Shown: positions 18,795 to 27,769 of the stretch, piece after piece
Numbering within the stretch: position 1 is the stretch's first letter
Layout: each line of letters begins with the position of its first letter
From: Mycoavidus cysteinexigens
Lineage (GTDB): Bacteria > Pseudomonadota > Gammaproteobacteria > Burkholderiales > Burkholderiaceae
DNA length: 64,000 bases
Assembly: GCA_031963205.1 (NCBI GenBank)
Contig: JASSUB010000007.1
Location: 808 to 64,807, forward strand
Direction of reading: 5' to 3'
The notes under the pieces: model-generated
Told to the model about the DNA's origin: nothing
The model's input: the letters and a program-made list of their open reading frames with translations, nothing else
Databases searched by the model: none
Made by a program: the position numbers and the translations under genes

Positions 18795-20757
18795 CACGTG
18801 GTCCTGAGGTGCGCTCACGCAGCGCCTCAAACACTGCTTCTAAAACCCACTGCTGGCTCGCCTGGTCATGTTCTTCCGTGACCAAAGGTAAACGCAATTT
18901 AACCAATTGCCCGCCATCGATTAAAGCAAATGCCTGCCCTTTGGGCAATTGCGTTAAATCTGCTGGCTGCAGCATCGGGACCTCGCGGGCAGTCCAGGTG
19001 TCTTGGGTGGCGGCGGAGAAATCTGCAAATTCTCCCGGCTCATCCATGTCACGCGTACTCGAGCCGGTACTGCGCGACCAGATTTCAACGGTAGGCAACT
19101 GCTCAATCAAAATAGCTGCTGTGCTAGGATTTTTTACCCGCAGCATGATTAACGTGTTGAAGTTGCCAAACATCTGTTGGGCTTTTGCTCTAGAACCGAT
19201 TTTTGCTTCAAGATCTGCATCCGTTTGAGTTAATGCGGTGACACGTAGGCCAGTCCCTCCCGCCTTGTTAAGCAGCGGAATAAATTCATCGCCGCACAGT
19301 TCATTAAATTCATCGGCATATAGACTCACATCACGCCGCCTACCAGAGCGGGTTTGGCCAAAGCCCGTGCCGTATTTATACATACGCCCGGCGGTGGAGG
19401 TAAGATCCGCAAACATGGCATTGCCCACTGCTGCTGCGACTTCAAAGTCAGACAGCGCATCTAAACCAATATACACAATCTCGCCTTGGTCAATCACCTG
19501 CGGCCAATCAAAAATGGCGCGCGGATCATGCGGGTTATCGTATTGGGGAGAAAGAAGCTCAGAAATTTTACCTGTGGTGAGTTTTTCTAGAAGCGGATAT
19601 AACGACGAAACCAATTTTTCAAAGTAACTGCGATCATTGGCTAATATGGATGAGAGCGCATCGGCAATTGGATCATGCCAGCCCTGCTCTTTAATCAGCG
19701 CAAGCATTTGCAATGCAGATAATGCACGGCCCGTTTTACGAGCCTGTTCTTGTAGCGATTTACCCGGCTCTTTGATTTTTTCTCGCCAAACCGGGTGCGC
19801 CTGATTCAGCCAAAATTCAAAATACTGAATACATAAATCGTCGATATTAACCGCGTGCTGATAGACTAACTCATAGGTCGGTTTCATGCCCAATGCGGAT
19901 AGTGCGCGCGCCATAACATTCACAAAACGCCAGACAAATTCCTTGAACACCGCACTTTGGCCTGCGCTTGGCAGTTGGTTGCTCACCCGCGTGGCAACCT
20001 CGGTAACCCTTGAAAAAGTGCTGATCGGGCTATAGCGTGCAGAAGACTCTGGATACCCTAAATGAAACACGTAAAATAGATCTTCGCGCTGGGCTCGTTT
20101 AGCTTCAGTGTACATCCGCAACAGTAAATCCACGTCACCTTTAGGATCGAAGACAATCACCACATCGCCACGTCGAATATCCTGGCTGACCTGAATCTCC
20201 ACATAGCGAGTTTTACCCACTCTGGTGGTACCGAGCACTAAGGTATGGCCGACCCGCTCACGCAGATCCGTATAAATGTCGCGCTCATGCACTTCGACAC
20301 CATGTAGCGCTGGTTCACCACCGGCTGGCGGCAAACGCGAAACGACAGGTCGCAGGCCCCCTATGCGTATGAACTTGCTCAACCAAGCACTAAAATACTG
20401 ACGCTCATCACCCGCACATAAATGCCGGTTTTGGGGCAATCTAGCCCAATACAGCCGCTGTGTATGCTCTGCTGTCCAGCGAAAACCTCGTCCAAGAAAT
20501 TGTTCTTGAGTGGAAACTGGAATATCTCGTGCCTCTATTTCATAACTTGGCAAGCGTCTTAAGTTGCGTTGAAAGCGAATAATACAGCTTGCCTGATAAG
20601 CTCTAATGAATGCTAACAACAGCATGCTCAGCGTAAAAATTAAACCTAATCTCGGCGTCACTAGAAATGTTTTATGCCAAAACCACATGCTGCCGCAAGC
20701 AATCAGTGCTGAGATAGAGGAAACCAACTCGACCGGTTTACGGAACAGATTGTTCAT
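18784..20757 (-). CDS. traD: Type IV coupling protein TraD (PFGI-1/SXT class)
   Basis: FLGRGFRWTAEHTQRL, Walker A GHTLVLGTTRVGKT, VFDPKGD, YYDRITSSL-like YFEKLVSSL, Walker B ADEFNEL..DEFIPLLNKAGG. Confidence 0.93.
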   Translation of the reverse strand: MNNLFRKPVELVSSISALIACGSMWFWHKTFLVTPRLGLIFTLSMLLLAFIRAYQASCIIRFQRNLRRLPSYEIEARDIPVSTQEQFLGRGFRWTAEHTQRLYWARLPQNRHLCAGDERQYFSAWLSKFIRIGGLRPVVSRLPPAGGEPALHGVEVHERDIYTDLRERVGHTLVLGTTRVGKTRYVEIQVSQDIRRGDVVIVFDPKGDVDLLLRMYTEAKRAQREDLFYVFHLGYPESSARYSPISTFSRVTEVATRVSNQLPSAGQSAVFKEFVWRFVNVMARALSALGMKPTYELVYQHAVNIDDLCIQYFEFWLNQAHPVWREKIKEPGKSLQEQARKTGRALSALQMLALIKEQGWHDPIADALSSILANDRSYFEKLVSSLYPLLEKLTTGKISELLSPQYDNPHDPRAIFDWPQVIDQGEIVYIGLDALSDFEVAAAVGNAMFADLTSTAGRMYKYGTGFGQTRSGRRRDVSLYADEFNELCGDEFIPLLNKAGGTGLRVTALTQTDADLEAKIGSRAKAQQMFGNFNTLIMLRVKNPSTAAILIEQLPTVEIWSRSTGSSTRDMDEPGEFADFSAATQDTWTAREVPMLQPADLTQLPKGQAFALIDGGQLVKLRLPLVTEEHDQASQQWVLEAVFEALRERTSGPRDAL

Positions 20758-20788
20758 ACAGGGCTTCGTGCAAACGCTACGTTAAGGC

Positions 20789-21814
20789 CTAGTCCGCCTG
20801 CGGGCGGCTAGGCCATAAGCTCAGAGCACTATCCTGCGCCTCAAGGTAGGCAGGAAAAGCCAGCTGCGTTTCGGTTGAGGCTTCGGTTGAGGCTTCGGTT
20901 GAGGCTTCGGTTGAGGCTTCGGTTAAGGCTTCGGTTGCAGATGAATTGGATACTCCCTCAGACACAGGCGTCACTAATCCAGTCTTGGCCCTAGCTGCTT
21001 GGCCAGCACGCGCCGCGATGCGGGCCATGGGGTTACTTTGAGATTCACGACTCAACGCGTCGAACAACTCATTCAGCACCGGCGGATGTTCACCTAACCA
21101 AGCTAACACTGGCCGCGGAATGAACCATTGTAGAAAAATCAAGGCTAACTGGCCCGTTTGACGATAATCTAAGCACTGCGATGACGGATCAGGCTGAACC
21201 GGCTCGAAGGTATACCACGCACCGCCTTGCTCGCGCATCGTGCCGCCGAGCACGATCCAGGGCCTGCGTTGGCCCCCTTGGGCATCGCAGATCTCCACCC
21301 CCAAAGCCGCCAAGCCTTGCGCCACTCCTTGTAGCACAGCCATCGCCAGCACCGCATAGCTGTAACGGGCAGCTAAGCGCGCTTGCTCTTCAGCACCGCC
21401 ACCCACTGGCAGGGCATAGGCATTTCGATAATGCAACGCATCTCGAGCAAGCGACATGATATGCATAAACAAACTACGGTTCTGGCTCGGCTGGGCGGTT
21501 AGCGTAGTGGGCAATAATTGCACAAATTCACCGCAGCACTGTAACAACGGCTCAACGTCGCGGCTGAAATTTTCTGGCGTAAAAGCCAGGTGCTGACGAA
21601 GCCTATCCAATACGTGGCGTGCGCCGGTACGCTCGATTAATTCCTCATATGGCAGTATCGGCAGATGACGTGTGCTTGGTGCTTGGGTGGTTGCGCTAGC
21701 CATCACCGGTAAGCGGCGCCTTAAAGGCTCACCATAACGCACCCCACAAACAGCCAGCCCGCACCCCACGGCCAGCCCGTATAACCAATCATGTTCAAAC
21801 CAAGCGAGCAGCAT
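20789..21814 (-). CDS. TraI_2/MOBH relaxase-like protein, catalytically degenerate and C-terminally truncated
   Basis: Fold landmarks FVQLLP, ALHYRNAYALPVGGGAEEQARLAARYSYAVL and WIVLGG...Y match MOBH. PASExHHH is replaced by PTTLTAQP and HDxGK by QGVAQ. N-terminal hydrophobic segment; upstream of traD. Confidence 0.75.
   Translation of the reverse strand: MLLAWFEHDWLYGLAVGCGLAVCGVRYGEPLRRRLPVMASATTQAPSTRHLPILPYEELIERTGARHVLDRLRQHLAFTPENFSRDVEPLLQCCGEFVQLLPTTLTAQPSQNRSLFMHIMSLARDALHYRNAYALPVGGGAEEQARLAARYSYAVLAMAVLQGVAQGLAALGVEICDAQGGQRRPWIVLGGTMREQGGAWYTFEPVQPDPSSQCLDYRQTGQLALIFLQWFIPRPVLAWLGEHPPVLNELFDALSRESQSNPMARIAARAGQAARAKTGLVTPVSEGVSNSSATEALTEASTEASTEASTEASTETQLAFPAYLEAQDSALSLWPSRPQAD
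20870..20937. repeat. 12-bp tandem repeat TTCGGTTGAGGC (4 perfect, 1 with one mismatch, 1 partial) encoding EAST repeats
   Basis: Read directly; translates on the minus strand as TEALTEASTEASTEASTEASTE in the relaxase-like tail. Confidence 0.95.
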
Positions 21815-22245
21815 AGCCAGTCCGTATCGATTGCAGCGCAGTGAAAAATATCACTTTAAGCAAAAAGCCGGCTCGGCCGAAAATTTGAGTGCACGCACTG
21901 CCATCACGTCGTGCACCCAACTACATGACAAAGCTACTTTATGCTATTAAACTGTAAAGTTTTATTGCTTTCTCTTAATCATTTTTGCTTTATTAAAAAA
22001 ACCTTTATTCTTATTCAATCGAATTCAAAAAAATATCTAACTTATTGTTTTATATTAATTTTTAAACAAGTAAAAATTATATTTTTCCATTCAATTTATT
22101 ACTGTTAATTATTAAAATAAAAATAAACCTCATAAAATGACTGCGCAGTGTACCCACACATCGTGCAAGCAAATTACAGACAGCCGCCAATACATTTTCT
22201 AAAGTATGTCTTGTCGGTCGCTTCCTCTTGCGCCGACAGGTCTTT

Positions 22246-22281
22246 CCCGCCAGGTGTGATCCCCCCCTGGCGGGGTTTTTT
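22246..22281 (+). terminator. Intrinsic terminator-like hairpin in the virB11 leader
   Basis: Stem CCCGCCAGG/CCTGGCGGG followed by GTTTTTT, ending 15 nt before ATG 22297. Confidence 0.7.
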
Positions 22282-22296
22282 CTCAACCTCAAAAAA

Positions 22297-23385
22297 ATGC
22301 AAGACATGGATAAGTCCACCGCCACCATGGCCAAGCAGGTTCTAGATGAGCATTTACGGCCCATTCGCCCGCTGCTAGATGATCTCGAGGTGCAAGAAGT
22401 GATGATCAATCGCCATGACAATATTTGGTTTGAACGCAACGGCAAGATGATGTATTTGGCCGACATACAACTGGCTCAAGCGAGTCTTGAAGCATCGATT
22501 ACCTTACTCGCCAATTTAAATGGTAAGCCCGATGCATTGATTATGGATTGTCAGTTACCTGGTTTGCGCATCGCCAGCGCACGCCGGCCAGTGACCATCC
22601 ACGGTCCAATGCTCTGTGTCCGAAAGCATATGGCACACCACCTTAGCTTGCCAAATTATGTGGCGAGTGGCGCGTTTAATACCTTGCCGCACCCCCCCCA
22701 GAACTCGCCTCAAGATGCTCCCCTGACGACCTCCCCCAGTGCGTCTCTATGCCAGGCCATGCAAACCGGCGGCCAAGCCTTGCAACAGTTTTTTGAGTGG
22801 GCCATTCATTCCCGCCAAAATCTGATTGTCTGCGGTTCGACTTCATCAGGTAAAACAACGCTGCTGAATGCATTAATTGAAGTGATTCCTAACGACGACC
22901 GACTGATCACTATCGAGGACACTCGCGAACTCCAAGTACGCGCCCCTAATTACGTATCGTTTGAAGCCCACCCGGCCCGAGGCGTCAATCTGCGCGAGCT
23001 GGTCCGACTGTCCCTACGTTGCCGGCCGACACGCATCATCGTAGGTGAAATCCGCGGCGCGGAGGCCTTTGACCTGATGGATGCACTCAATACGGGCCAC
23101 CCTGGCTCAGTCGTTTCATTTCATGCTAACTCTGCCGAATTAGCCCTCACGCGCCTTGAATCATTAATCCGCATGGCGCCTGAAGCCCAAAACTGGCCTT
23201 TGGCCGATCTGCGTCAGCAGATCGCCGCCACTTTCCGCTATGTGGTGCAAGCACAGCGTATCGGTTCTCTACGAGGTCCTTGGGAGATTCGAGAAATCCT
23301 CGGCGTTGCTGGCAAGCGCTATCAAACCCGTTTGCTATTTTCCAAAATCCGACAAGCAGCAACGGCTTATGACACTGTTCAATAA
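22297..23385 (+). CDS. virB11: VirB11/TrbB-family traffic ATPase
   Basis: QEVMINRHDNIWFER, Walker A GSTSSGKTT, TIEDTREL, Walker B IIVGEIRGAEA, His box TGHPG..SFHA. Start chosen after the leader hairpin and is uncertain. Confidence 0.9.
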   Translation: MQDMDKSTATMAKQVLDEHLRPIRPLLDDLEVQEVMINRHDNIWFERNGKMMYLADIQLAQASLEASITLLANLNGKPDALIMDCQLPGLRIASARRPVTIHGPMLCVRKHMAHHLSLPNYVASGAFNTLPHPPQNSPQDAPLTTSPSASLCQAMQTGGQALQQFFEWAIHSRQNLIVCGSTSSGKTTLLNALIEVIPNDDRLITIEDTRELQVRAPNYVSFEAHPARGVNLRELVRLSLRCRPTRIIVGEIRGAEAFDLMDALNTGHPGSVVSFHANSAELALTRLESLIRMAPEAQNWPLADLRQQIAATFRYVVQAQRIGSLRGPWEIREILGVAGKRYQTRLLFSKIRQAATAYDTVQ

Positions 23386-23686
23386 GCTCAAATTTGGAGT
23401 ACACATGACAATATTTATCTGGCTGTTATGCACCTGGTCATCTTATGCTTATGCAGGCATCTGGGGCGGCGGTTTGTGCCGATTTTATAAACAGGTCGTC
23501 GATGACGAATTGATCGCCTTTGTGAGCATCGGTTCATGCGCGCTCGCCATTATTTTATGGATGCTAGATGACAAATCGTCCGCCATTAAATTATGGATTC
23601 TGCGGATCGTGGCGGCAACGCTCATGATCTTCAATCTCCCCATTTTCTGGACGACCATCTTTGGTCGCTCGCCAGTCTGTGGTTAA
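23369..23686 (+). CDS. virB2: VirB2/TrbC-family pilin
   Basis: Signal-like segment ending SYAYA followed by two hydrophobic helices; between virB11 and virB3. Confidence 0.75.
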   Translation: MTLFNKLKFGVHMTIFIWLLCTWSSYAYAGIWGGGLCRFYKQVVDDELIAFVSIGSCALAIILWMLDDKSSAIKLWILRIVAATLMIFNLPIFWTTIFGRSPVCG

Positions 23687-23711
23687 ACCAAAAAATAGCG
23701 CAAGAGCATGT

Positions 23712-24035
23712 ATGTCTAGCCCACCTCCTCCCCTTCATGCCCCAGTCAAAAAAGTGCTGATTGAGCGTAAGCGCTTACTGGCGGTGGACCAGCGCATACT
23801 AGTGGTGCTGCTGGTGAGCGTATTTGTGGTGGCGGCCACTTTGCACAATTATTGGGTTTTGCTCGCTGCCCTGCCAGGTTACGGCGGCATGTGGCTCGCC
23901 AGCCGACGAGACCCTGATCTACTTGATATCTACCTCAAATACCGACACCAAGCAGGCCATTACGAGCCCCGTCAACAACTCCGGCAAACACGCCATCAGC
24001 GTCCATTAGGCTTTGCTCGCAAACACCTATGTTAA
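23712..24035 (+). CDS. virB3: VirB3/TrbD-family membrane protein
   Basis: LIERKRLLAVDQR, two TM segments, RRDPDLLDIYLKY; overlaps the virB4 start. Confidence 0.82.
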   Translation: MSSPPPPLHAPVKKVLIERKRLLAVDQRILVVLLVSVFVVAATLHNYWVLLAALPGYGGMWLASRRDPDLLDIYLKYRHQAGHYEPRQQLRQTRHQRPLGFARKHLC

Positions 24036-26662
24036 ACCTTAAACACCCCGGCACCAGCCCTTTTGAGCATGAATCACTGACCGCCATCGGCCAGCGCCAT
24101 AACGCAGGGGTACGCACGTGCGCCGAACTCGTGCCGTGGCTTTTTGCTTGCAATCAGCAGACTCTAGTCTGTAAAGATTCTTCCTTGCTCGCGGCCTTCG
24201 AGTATAGCGGTCCAGATACTGACAGCATCACGGCTGGCAGTATGCTCAAATTAATTGAAGATTTAACGCAATCTCTAGTGAGTCTATGCCATCAACCGAT
24301 CACTCTCTGGTGGACTGTCTATCGCCGGCAAATCAGCGGCTATGACACGCTACCGCTACCAGACCTGTACGCTCAGATAGTTGACGACGAACGGCGGCGC
24401 GCCTTTGAACAAAGCGGTAGTTACCTAAACCACCACTATCTGACCATCACCCAGCCACCTGAGGTAGGCCTAGACCGCTTCTCCGGCAAACTCTCCCATG
24501 CTTTATCGCACGATGGCCTACCGCTTTACAAAGCGCTCTGGCAAGCGGTGCGCGGCACCTTCTCCGACCAGTACGCATTTGCCTATACTGCTGATGAGTT
24601 AGACCATCAAGTAGAGGACTTTGAAGCATTATTAAGCGCCTTGCTGGCTGGCCTGCCCAACCTCAAGTGTACGCGCTTAAGCGGCGATCGACTTGGCGCT
24701 TTCTTGCACGCCGCTTGTTCACCCTGTGCCGAAGATAAAACCACCGCGGGCATCTCCGATCACCCCTTTCTGGATGTCGCACTACCCGATACGGAAGTGA
24801 TCCCCGGCCACGATTTTTTGTCTTTTGAGGGCAATGGCTGCAAACGTTACGCGTTGGCGCTCAGCGTCCCGGTCGCTCGCGAGAACTGGCCCGACCAGGT
24901 CGCACCCACGACCCTTGACGACTTACTCAAGATTAATGGGGAACTCACCCTCAGCCATGTTTTCCGCCTCGCCAGCCGAGCTCGGGCAGAACGTTTTATC
25001 GATAGTATGCGCAAATATCACGATAACCGACGGCTAGATATACGTGGACTGCTCAGTGCGGCCTTAAAAAAAGGCGACACCGAAAAAGTCGGGCAGAACC
25101 GAGCGCGGGCCCAAGCCGCAAATGAGGCAGAGACCCTGCGCGGCGAGGTGTCAATGAGCCAAGAAGCATACGGCTGGTACAACCTCACGATTCTTGCCTG
25201 GTCACCGGTATTTGCAGCCGGTGGGCCTGATGTTGCGCAGGCCACAAGCGCCGCGCACTCTGCTTACACGCAAGCAAGCGCCACCTGTAAAGCCGCCGAA
25301 GAAATCATGCGCGCCGCCCATTTTATGCCGGTGCGCGAAAAACTTCATGCCCTGTCAGCTTTTACCGTGACCATTCCCGGCATGTGGAGTGAGTGCGCCC
25401 GCTGGGCCTTTATTGATGCCCAGGTACTCGCGCGGCTTGCGCCCCTATGCACGGTCGCCCAAGGCGAACGCTATAACCCACACCTGAGCCAGGAAATGGG
25501 CATTGATTGCCCTGCCTTAGCGACCTTTCCAACCGAATACGGCACCCCTTTTCATTTCACCGGCTACTTTCATGATGTCGGACATGTGCTGCTATGTGGC
25601 GACTCCGGCTCCGGCAAAACTGCGTTTCTCAATCTGAGTTGGACGCTTTTTCGCAAATATCCAGGGGCCATGATTTACTTATTCGACAAAGATTATTCCT
25701 CCCGCATTCCGGTGCTGATGCAAGGGGGGACTTATCTAGATATCCAGCCCGAAAACGAGCATAGTGCCCGCTTCAATCCAGTCGCCTTGCTAGCGCATGA
25801 ACGTCACTTTGAATGGCTCAAAGACTGGATTCTATTTTTAGGCAGCTTACGCGGCTATACCCCTAATGCTCAAGATGACGCGCAACTCGTCAACGCCCTC
25901 CGTGCAACGCACCATATCGATCGCAAACTTTGGCAACTGCACGCGATTTATAGTCAGCTGCCCGATGGGTCCTTCAAACAACAACTGGCGGCGTGGGTAG
26001 GGAGTGGCGTTTACGCTCATTATTTCGACAATCTGGAAGACAGCTTTGCCAGCACCAGCATTATGGGTATTGAGTTAGGCAAGATTATCCACAATTCACT
26101 GGTGGCCCCAGCGCTGCTCGATTTATGCTTTTATCAGATTGACGATACGCTCACCAGAAACCGGCTAAATGGCAAAATCGCCCCGACCTTTATCGGCTTG
26201 CCAGAAGTATGGCACCTGCTTGATAACCCGCGCTTTGCCAACAAAATCGTAGATTGGGTCAGCACCTTGCGCAAAAAGCTCGGCTGCGTCTGGATGGATA
26301 CGCAGTCTCCCGAAAGCTACCTTAATTCACCGGTTTATCCAAGCCTGCGTGACAATGTGCCGACCTGCATTTTCTTGCCGCCTAGCGGCAACCTCGCCCC
26401 TTCGCAACGCGAGGCACTAGAAACTGGCTTCGGTTTACATGCGGGTCAAATCCACGGCATCGAAAAAGGCACGCGCAAACGCGATTATTTCATTACTCAA
26501 AAAAACGGCTTTGCGCGGCGCCTCTCGCTTACCTTGGATCGCAGGACACTTGCCATACTACGCAGCGAACTGAGTGCACAAGCGATTTTCGAGCGCCACT
26601 ACCGCTCCGGCCACGCCGCTTGGCAAGCGCGTTACTTTGAAGAAATGACCCATGTTAGCTAA
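24029..26662 (+). CDS. virB4: VirB4/TrbE ATPase
   Basis: KDSSLLAAFEYSGPD, DVGHVLLCGDSGSGKT (Walker A), FDKDYSS, TLRKK. Walker B reads FIGLPEVW. Confidence 0.9.
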   Translation: MLNLKHPGTSPFEHESLTAIGQRHNAGVRTCAELVPWLFACNQQTLVCKDSSLLAAFEYSGPDTDSITAGSMLKLIEDLTQSLVSLCHQPITLWWTVYRRQISGYDTLPLPDLYAQIVDDERRRAFEQSGSYLNHHYLTITQPPEVGLDRFSGKLSHALSHDGLPLYKALWQAVRGTFSDQYAFAYTADELDHQVEDFEALLSALLAGLPNLKCTRLSGDRLGAFLHAACSPCAEDKTTAGISDHPFLDVALPDTEVIPGHDFLSFEGNGCKRYALALSVPVARENWPDQVAPTTLDDLLKINGELTLSHVFRLASRARAERFIDSMRKYHDNRRLDIRGLLSAALKKGDTEKVGQNRARAQAANEAETLRGEVSMSQEAYGWYNLTILAWSPVFAAGGPDVAQATSAAHSAYTQASATCKAAEEIMRAAHFMPVREKLHALSAFTVTIPGMWSECARWAFIDAQVLARLAPLCTVAQGERYNPHLSQEMGIDCPALATFPTEYGTPFHFTGYFHDVGHVLLCGDSGSGKTAFLNLSWTLFRKYPGAMIYLFDKDYSSRIPVLMQGGTYLDIQPENEHSARFNPVALLAHERHFEWLKDWILFLGSLRGYTPNAQDDAQLVNALRATHHIDRKLWQLHAIYSQLPDGSFKQQLAAWVGSGVYAHYFDNLEDSFASTSIMGIELGKIIHNSLVAPALLDLCFYQIDDTLTRNRLNGKIAPTFIGLPEVWHLLDNPRFANKIVDWVSTLRKKLGCVWMDTQSPESYLNSPVYPSLRDNVPTCIFLPPSGNLAPSQREALETGFGLHAGQIHGIEKGTRKRDYFITQKNGFARRLSLTLDRRTLAILRSELSAQAIFERHYRSGHAAWQARYFEEMTHVS

Positions 26663-27467
26663 GCTGCATAAGCATTCTTGGCACACGCTTTGGTGCCTCA
26701 TCGGACTCTGCTTGGTTACGCCTACCCTAGCAGGCGGTGGCGTAGGAACGCCCATCGGCGGCGCCACCGAATTAACGCAGATCATGAATCACGCCGAGTT
26801 GCTAACCAGCGTCAGCCAACAAAGCACCATGGTCGCCCAAAATATCACCGCACACATTACGCGCGCACAGCAATATATGGCGATGCTGCAAAATCTTGCG
26901 CAACTGCCGGCCCATGTTTTAGAACAAATTATGGCGCCCTGGCAACATCAGTTGCAAGCGTTTATGCAACTTGCCCATTCAGTTGACGCACTATTAGACG
27001 CCACCCAGCAAACAGGCGCTTTATTTAAGCGCAGCCTAAGCGAAATCACGCAGCTTAACCTAGCCCCCCAACAATGGCTATCAGCCTATAGCAATTTAGC
27101 TAAAAACCGAGACAGCCTGTATCAGCAACAATGGCAACAGGATCTAGTCGCCCTCGATACGCTCGCGAATCGCGCACGCAGTGTCCACAGTCTATCGAGT
27201 CAAATTCCAGGTATCGGGAGCACCATCCAAGGCCTGCAGCTTCTCAACCAGCAAGCCTCGATCCTAGCTGCTGAAATGCTCGAATTACGTGCTTTGATGC
27301 AGCGCCAGATGGCTCTGCAAACGCAAGATCGGTTGGAACAAGAATGGGCGAACAGCGCCCTCTTCGATCTGCTCCGGGCACGTCAAGCGCACGCACAGCA
27401 ACTCGATACGCACGAGCGCCAACTGATCAACCACGGCCCATTCAATGTCTTACAAGATCAACCATAG
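26652..27467 (+). CDS. trbJ: TrbJ/VirB5-like protein
   Basis: Signal peptide, IGGATELTQIMNHAEL (TrbJ 'GGATEWTQLANN'-like), Q-rich helical body, GTIQGLQLLNQ. Confidence 0.8.
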   Translation: MLAKLHKHSWHTLWCLIGLCLVTPTLAGGGVGTPIGGATELTQIMNHAELLTSVSQQSTMVAQNITAHITRAQQYMAMLQNLAQLPAHVLEQIMAPWQHQLQAFMQLAHSVDALLDATQQTGALFKRSLSEITQLNLAPQQWLSAYSNLAKNRDSLYQQQWQQDLVALDTLANRARSVHSLSSQIPGIGSTIQGLQLLNQQASILAAEMLELRALMQRQMALQTQDRLEQEWANSALFDLLRARQAHAQQLDTHERQLINHGPFNVLQDQP

Positions 27468-27486
27468 GTCATTGAGGAGACGCACC

Positions 27487-27765
27487 ATGCCCTTATTTTT
27501 GCGCTGCTTAGCCCATCGACTCTGCCACAACCGACATGAAATTTTTCAGTTGCAGCGCGCTTATCAGCGCTATGCGAGGGCTCCGCAGCAGGCAACTCCA
27601 GATCATTTGCGTACCCCACAGGAGTTCGCTAAACCGCGTTTGTCGCTGGCTTGGGCTTGCTGCCGCTTAACTCTAGAACAGCCCACAGTATTGCCTGCTG
27701 GCATGTTAGCGCTCGCTGGCCTGCTTTTTTTCATCGTCTTGCATCTCATTGCGAACATAGGATAG
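27487..27765 (+). CDS. Small hypothetical protein with C-terminal TM helix
   Basis: GAGGAG RBS before ATG 27487; fills the trbJ-virB6 gap; C-terminus MLALAGLLFFIVLHLIANIG. Confidence 0.5.
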   Translation: MPLFLRCLAHRLCHNRHEIFQLQRAYQRYARAPQQATPDHLRTPQEFAKPRLSLAWACCRLTLEQPTVLPAGMLALAGLLFFIVLHLIANIG

Positions 27766-27769
27766 CTCG

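Noticed and set aside
20870-20937. 12-bp and 24-bp (31838-31912) repeats as CRISPR-like arrays
   Set aside because: They are in-frame coding tandem repeats without unique spacers, and no cas genes are present.
21815-22180. Possible oriT in the AT-rich traI-virB11 spacer (short IR GTGCACG/CGTGCAC at 21889-21916)
   Set aside because: The 7-bp repeat is too weak and no recognisable nic consensus was seen; divergent promoters explain the region.
22228-22296. Longer virB11 start at 22228
   Set aside because: The extension runs through a GC-rich hairpin and T tract and has no VirB11 similarity.
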